Assembly: GCA_002404155.1 (NCBI GenBank)
Contig: DHJC01000023.1
Location: forward strand, 98,733-162,732
Source of the DNA: Chloroflexi bacterium UBA4730
GTDB taxonomy: Bacteria > Chloroflexota > Limnocylindria > P2-11E
Length of the DNA stretch: 64,000 bases
Direction: 5' to 3'
The position numbers and the translations under genes were made by a program. Positions 62,811 to 64,000 of the stretch are shown piece after piece; the stretch's first letter is position 1, and every line of letters starts with the position of its first letter. Below the pieces are notes generated by a model, which saw nothing but the letters and a program-made list of their open reading frames with translations, had not been told where the DNA came from and did not search any database.

Positions 62811-63616
62811 CGGCCGTCGATCGCCCGACGCACGCTCCAGTCACTTGCCTCGAGCTTTGCCCGCGCCGCGTCCTCGCCGATCCCGAGCTCGTCACTCACC
62901 ATCCGGATGGCGCGGGCGCGCAGCTTCGCGTTCGTCGGTCGCAGATCGATCATGAGATCGCCTTTCGTGCGACCGCTCCGGATCATCGCCGCGGTCGACA
63001 GCATGTTCAGCACGAGCTTCGTGGCCGTCCCGGCCTTCAGCCGGCTCGAGCCGGCCAGGATCTCGGCACCGACATCGACGACGATCGGGATGTCCACGGC
63101 CGTTGCGAGCGCGGATCCGGAGACGCATGTGACGCACGCCGTGCGCGCACCGAAGGTCCGCGCCGCGTTCACCGCGGCGATGACGTAGCGGGCCGAGCCG
63201 CTGGCGGAGAGACCGACGACGACGTCACCCCTGCGCGCGACCTGCGCGATGTCGCGCTCGCCCGCGGCCGGATCATCTTCCGCGCCCTCGATCGAGCGCC
63301 GCAGCGCCGCGTCGCCCCCGGCGATGACGCCGTGGACGAGATCGGGCTCGACGCCAAAGGTCGGTGGCGCCTCGCTCGCGTCCAGGACGCCGAGACGTCC
63401 GCTCGTGCCCGCGCCGACGTACCGCAGCCGCCCGCCGGCCCCGAACGCGGCGGCGATCGCGTCGGCCGCGCGTGCGATGTCGGGGAGCGCGGATCGGATC
63501 GCATCCGGCAGCGTCGCGTCCTCATCGGCCATGAGCCCGACGATCGCGCTGGTCGACATCGACGCGAGCCCTGCGGCCTTCGGGTTCCGCCGCTCGGTGC
63601 CGGGAAGATCGGTCAC
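62807..63616 (-). CDS. murQ: N-acetylmuramic acid 6-phosphate etherase
   Basis: GTERRNP...LRYVGAGTSGRLGVLDASEAPPTFG...GAEDD...VVGLSASGSARYV...SSRLKAGTATKLVLNMLST. GTGA overlap with the upstream kinase gene. Confidence 0.85.
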   Translation of the reverse strand: MTDLPGTERRNPKAAGLASMSTSAIVGLMADEDATLPDAIRSALPDIARAADAIAAAFGAGGRLRYVGAGTSGRLGVLDASEAPPTFGVEPDLVHGVIAGGDAALRRSIEGAEDDPAAGERDIAQVARRGDVVVGLSASGSARYVIAAVNAARTFGARTACVTCVSGSALATAVDIPIVVDVGAEILAGSSRLKAGTATKLVLNMLSTAAMIRSGRTKGDLMIDLRPTNAKLRARAIRMVSDELGIGEDAARAKLEASDWSVRRAIDGR

Positions 63617-64000
63617 CTCGTGCCCCAGGCCAGTGTGGCAGCGAGCCGGGCGGCGCCCATCGCGGGCTCTTCGCGAACAGGCTCGACCGCGGCTCGCGGC
63701 AGCGCGCTCAGGAGCTCGAGTCGCACGGCCTTCTCGAGCGGCCGCACGTTCTCGAAAGCGCCGCCGGCCAGGTACACCGGGCCACCGTCGAGCAGCAGGC
63801 GGTGCGCGACGGTGGCGGCCATCCCGGCGAGCAAGCGCGCGCCGCGCTGGACGATGTGGACCGCGATCGCGTCTCCCTCGGCGAAGGCCCGCGCGACCGC
63901 GCGCGTCGACGCGAGGATCGCGGGAGGCGGATGTGGCTTGCCGTACAGGAGCGGGAGCACGCCGTTGAAGTCGGTCACGCCGAGGTCCTCGAAGAGGTGG
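63613..64000 (-). CDS. BadF/BadG/BcrA/BcrD-type ATPase (N-acetylglucosamine-kinase-like), 3' part; the gene start lies beyond the window
   Basis: The frame is open to the window edge (..HLFEDLGVTDFNGVLPLLYGKPHPPP...GPVYLAGGAFENV...EPAMGAARLA). The M at 63978 in the track is internal. Confidence 0.7.
   Translation of the reverse strand, partial: HLFEDLGVTDFNGVLPLLYGKPHPPPAILASTRAVARAFAEGDAIAVHIVQRGARLLAGMAATVAHRLLLDGGPVYLAGGAFENVRPLEKAVRLELLSALPRAAVEPVREEPAMGAARLAATLAWGTR

Overview
Gene-dense, high-GC window (roughly 70% by eye, not computed). It holds about 65 protein-coding genes, most in operons with 1-4 nt junction overlaps (ATGA, GTGA, TAGTG) and GGAGG-type Shine-Dalgarno sites. I found no rRNA, tRNA or CRISPR array. 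The only mobile-element trace is a truncated IS110-family transposase. All calls rest on reading the ORF translations for diagnostic motifs and the DNA for junctions, hairpins and repeats; no searches were run, so family names are recognitions, not database hits. Many long ORFs in the six-frame track are antisense or out-of-frame shadows of real genes, as expected at this GC, and I trimmed several N-termini to starts supported by SD or junction context.

Content by region:
- S9 peptidase fusion, cyclase-STAND protein, TetR and an aminotransferase (0-9.5 kb).
- TolB-like protein, a degenerate FolC-like gene, an IS110 scar and stress membrane proteins (9.5-15.6 kb).
- Opp/Dpp-type ABC importer (15.7-21.8 kb).
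- HAD hydrolase and folC (21.8-23.7 kb).
- Beta-ureidopropionase-like, ALDH, PLP decarboxylase, pntAA/AB/B, GNAT, dihydropyrimidinase and two DinB genes (24.3-34.5 kb).
- A cyclic-nucleotide signalling island (34.5-45.7 kb): nine-GAF histidine kinase, REC, and REC-adenylate cyclase. Divergent from these lie a site-2 protease carrying two cNMP-binding domains, a translationally coupled Zn-ribbon protein, and a leader-bearing repeat protein. A Crp/Fnr regulator follows.
- An F420-rich block (45.8-54.5 kb): four LLM oxidoreductases, a PPOX-class enzyme, an FGD-family enzyme and cofE, together with a class III aminotransferase, an amidohydrolase and a Cys/Thr proline-racemase-family enzyme.
- Frameshifted SET-domain gene, Zn-ribbon protein, two GNATs, an OmpR-type two-component system and a NERD protein (54.5-59.4 kb).
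- Amino-sugar/MurNAc recycling cluster (59.5-64 kb).

The best candidate for an undescribed system is the cNMP-binding S2P + Zn-ribbon + leader/repeat protein module at 41.5-45.0 kb, embedded in its own cNMP-producing phosphorelay. The host is probably an F420-using Actinomycetota- or Chloroflexota-like bacterium, but the phylum cannot be fixed from this window.
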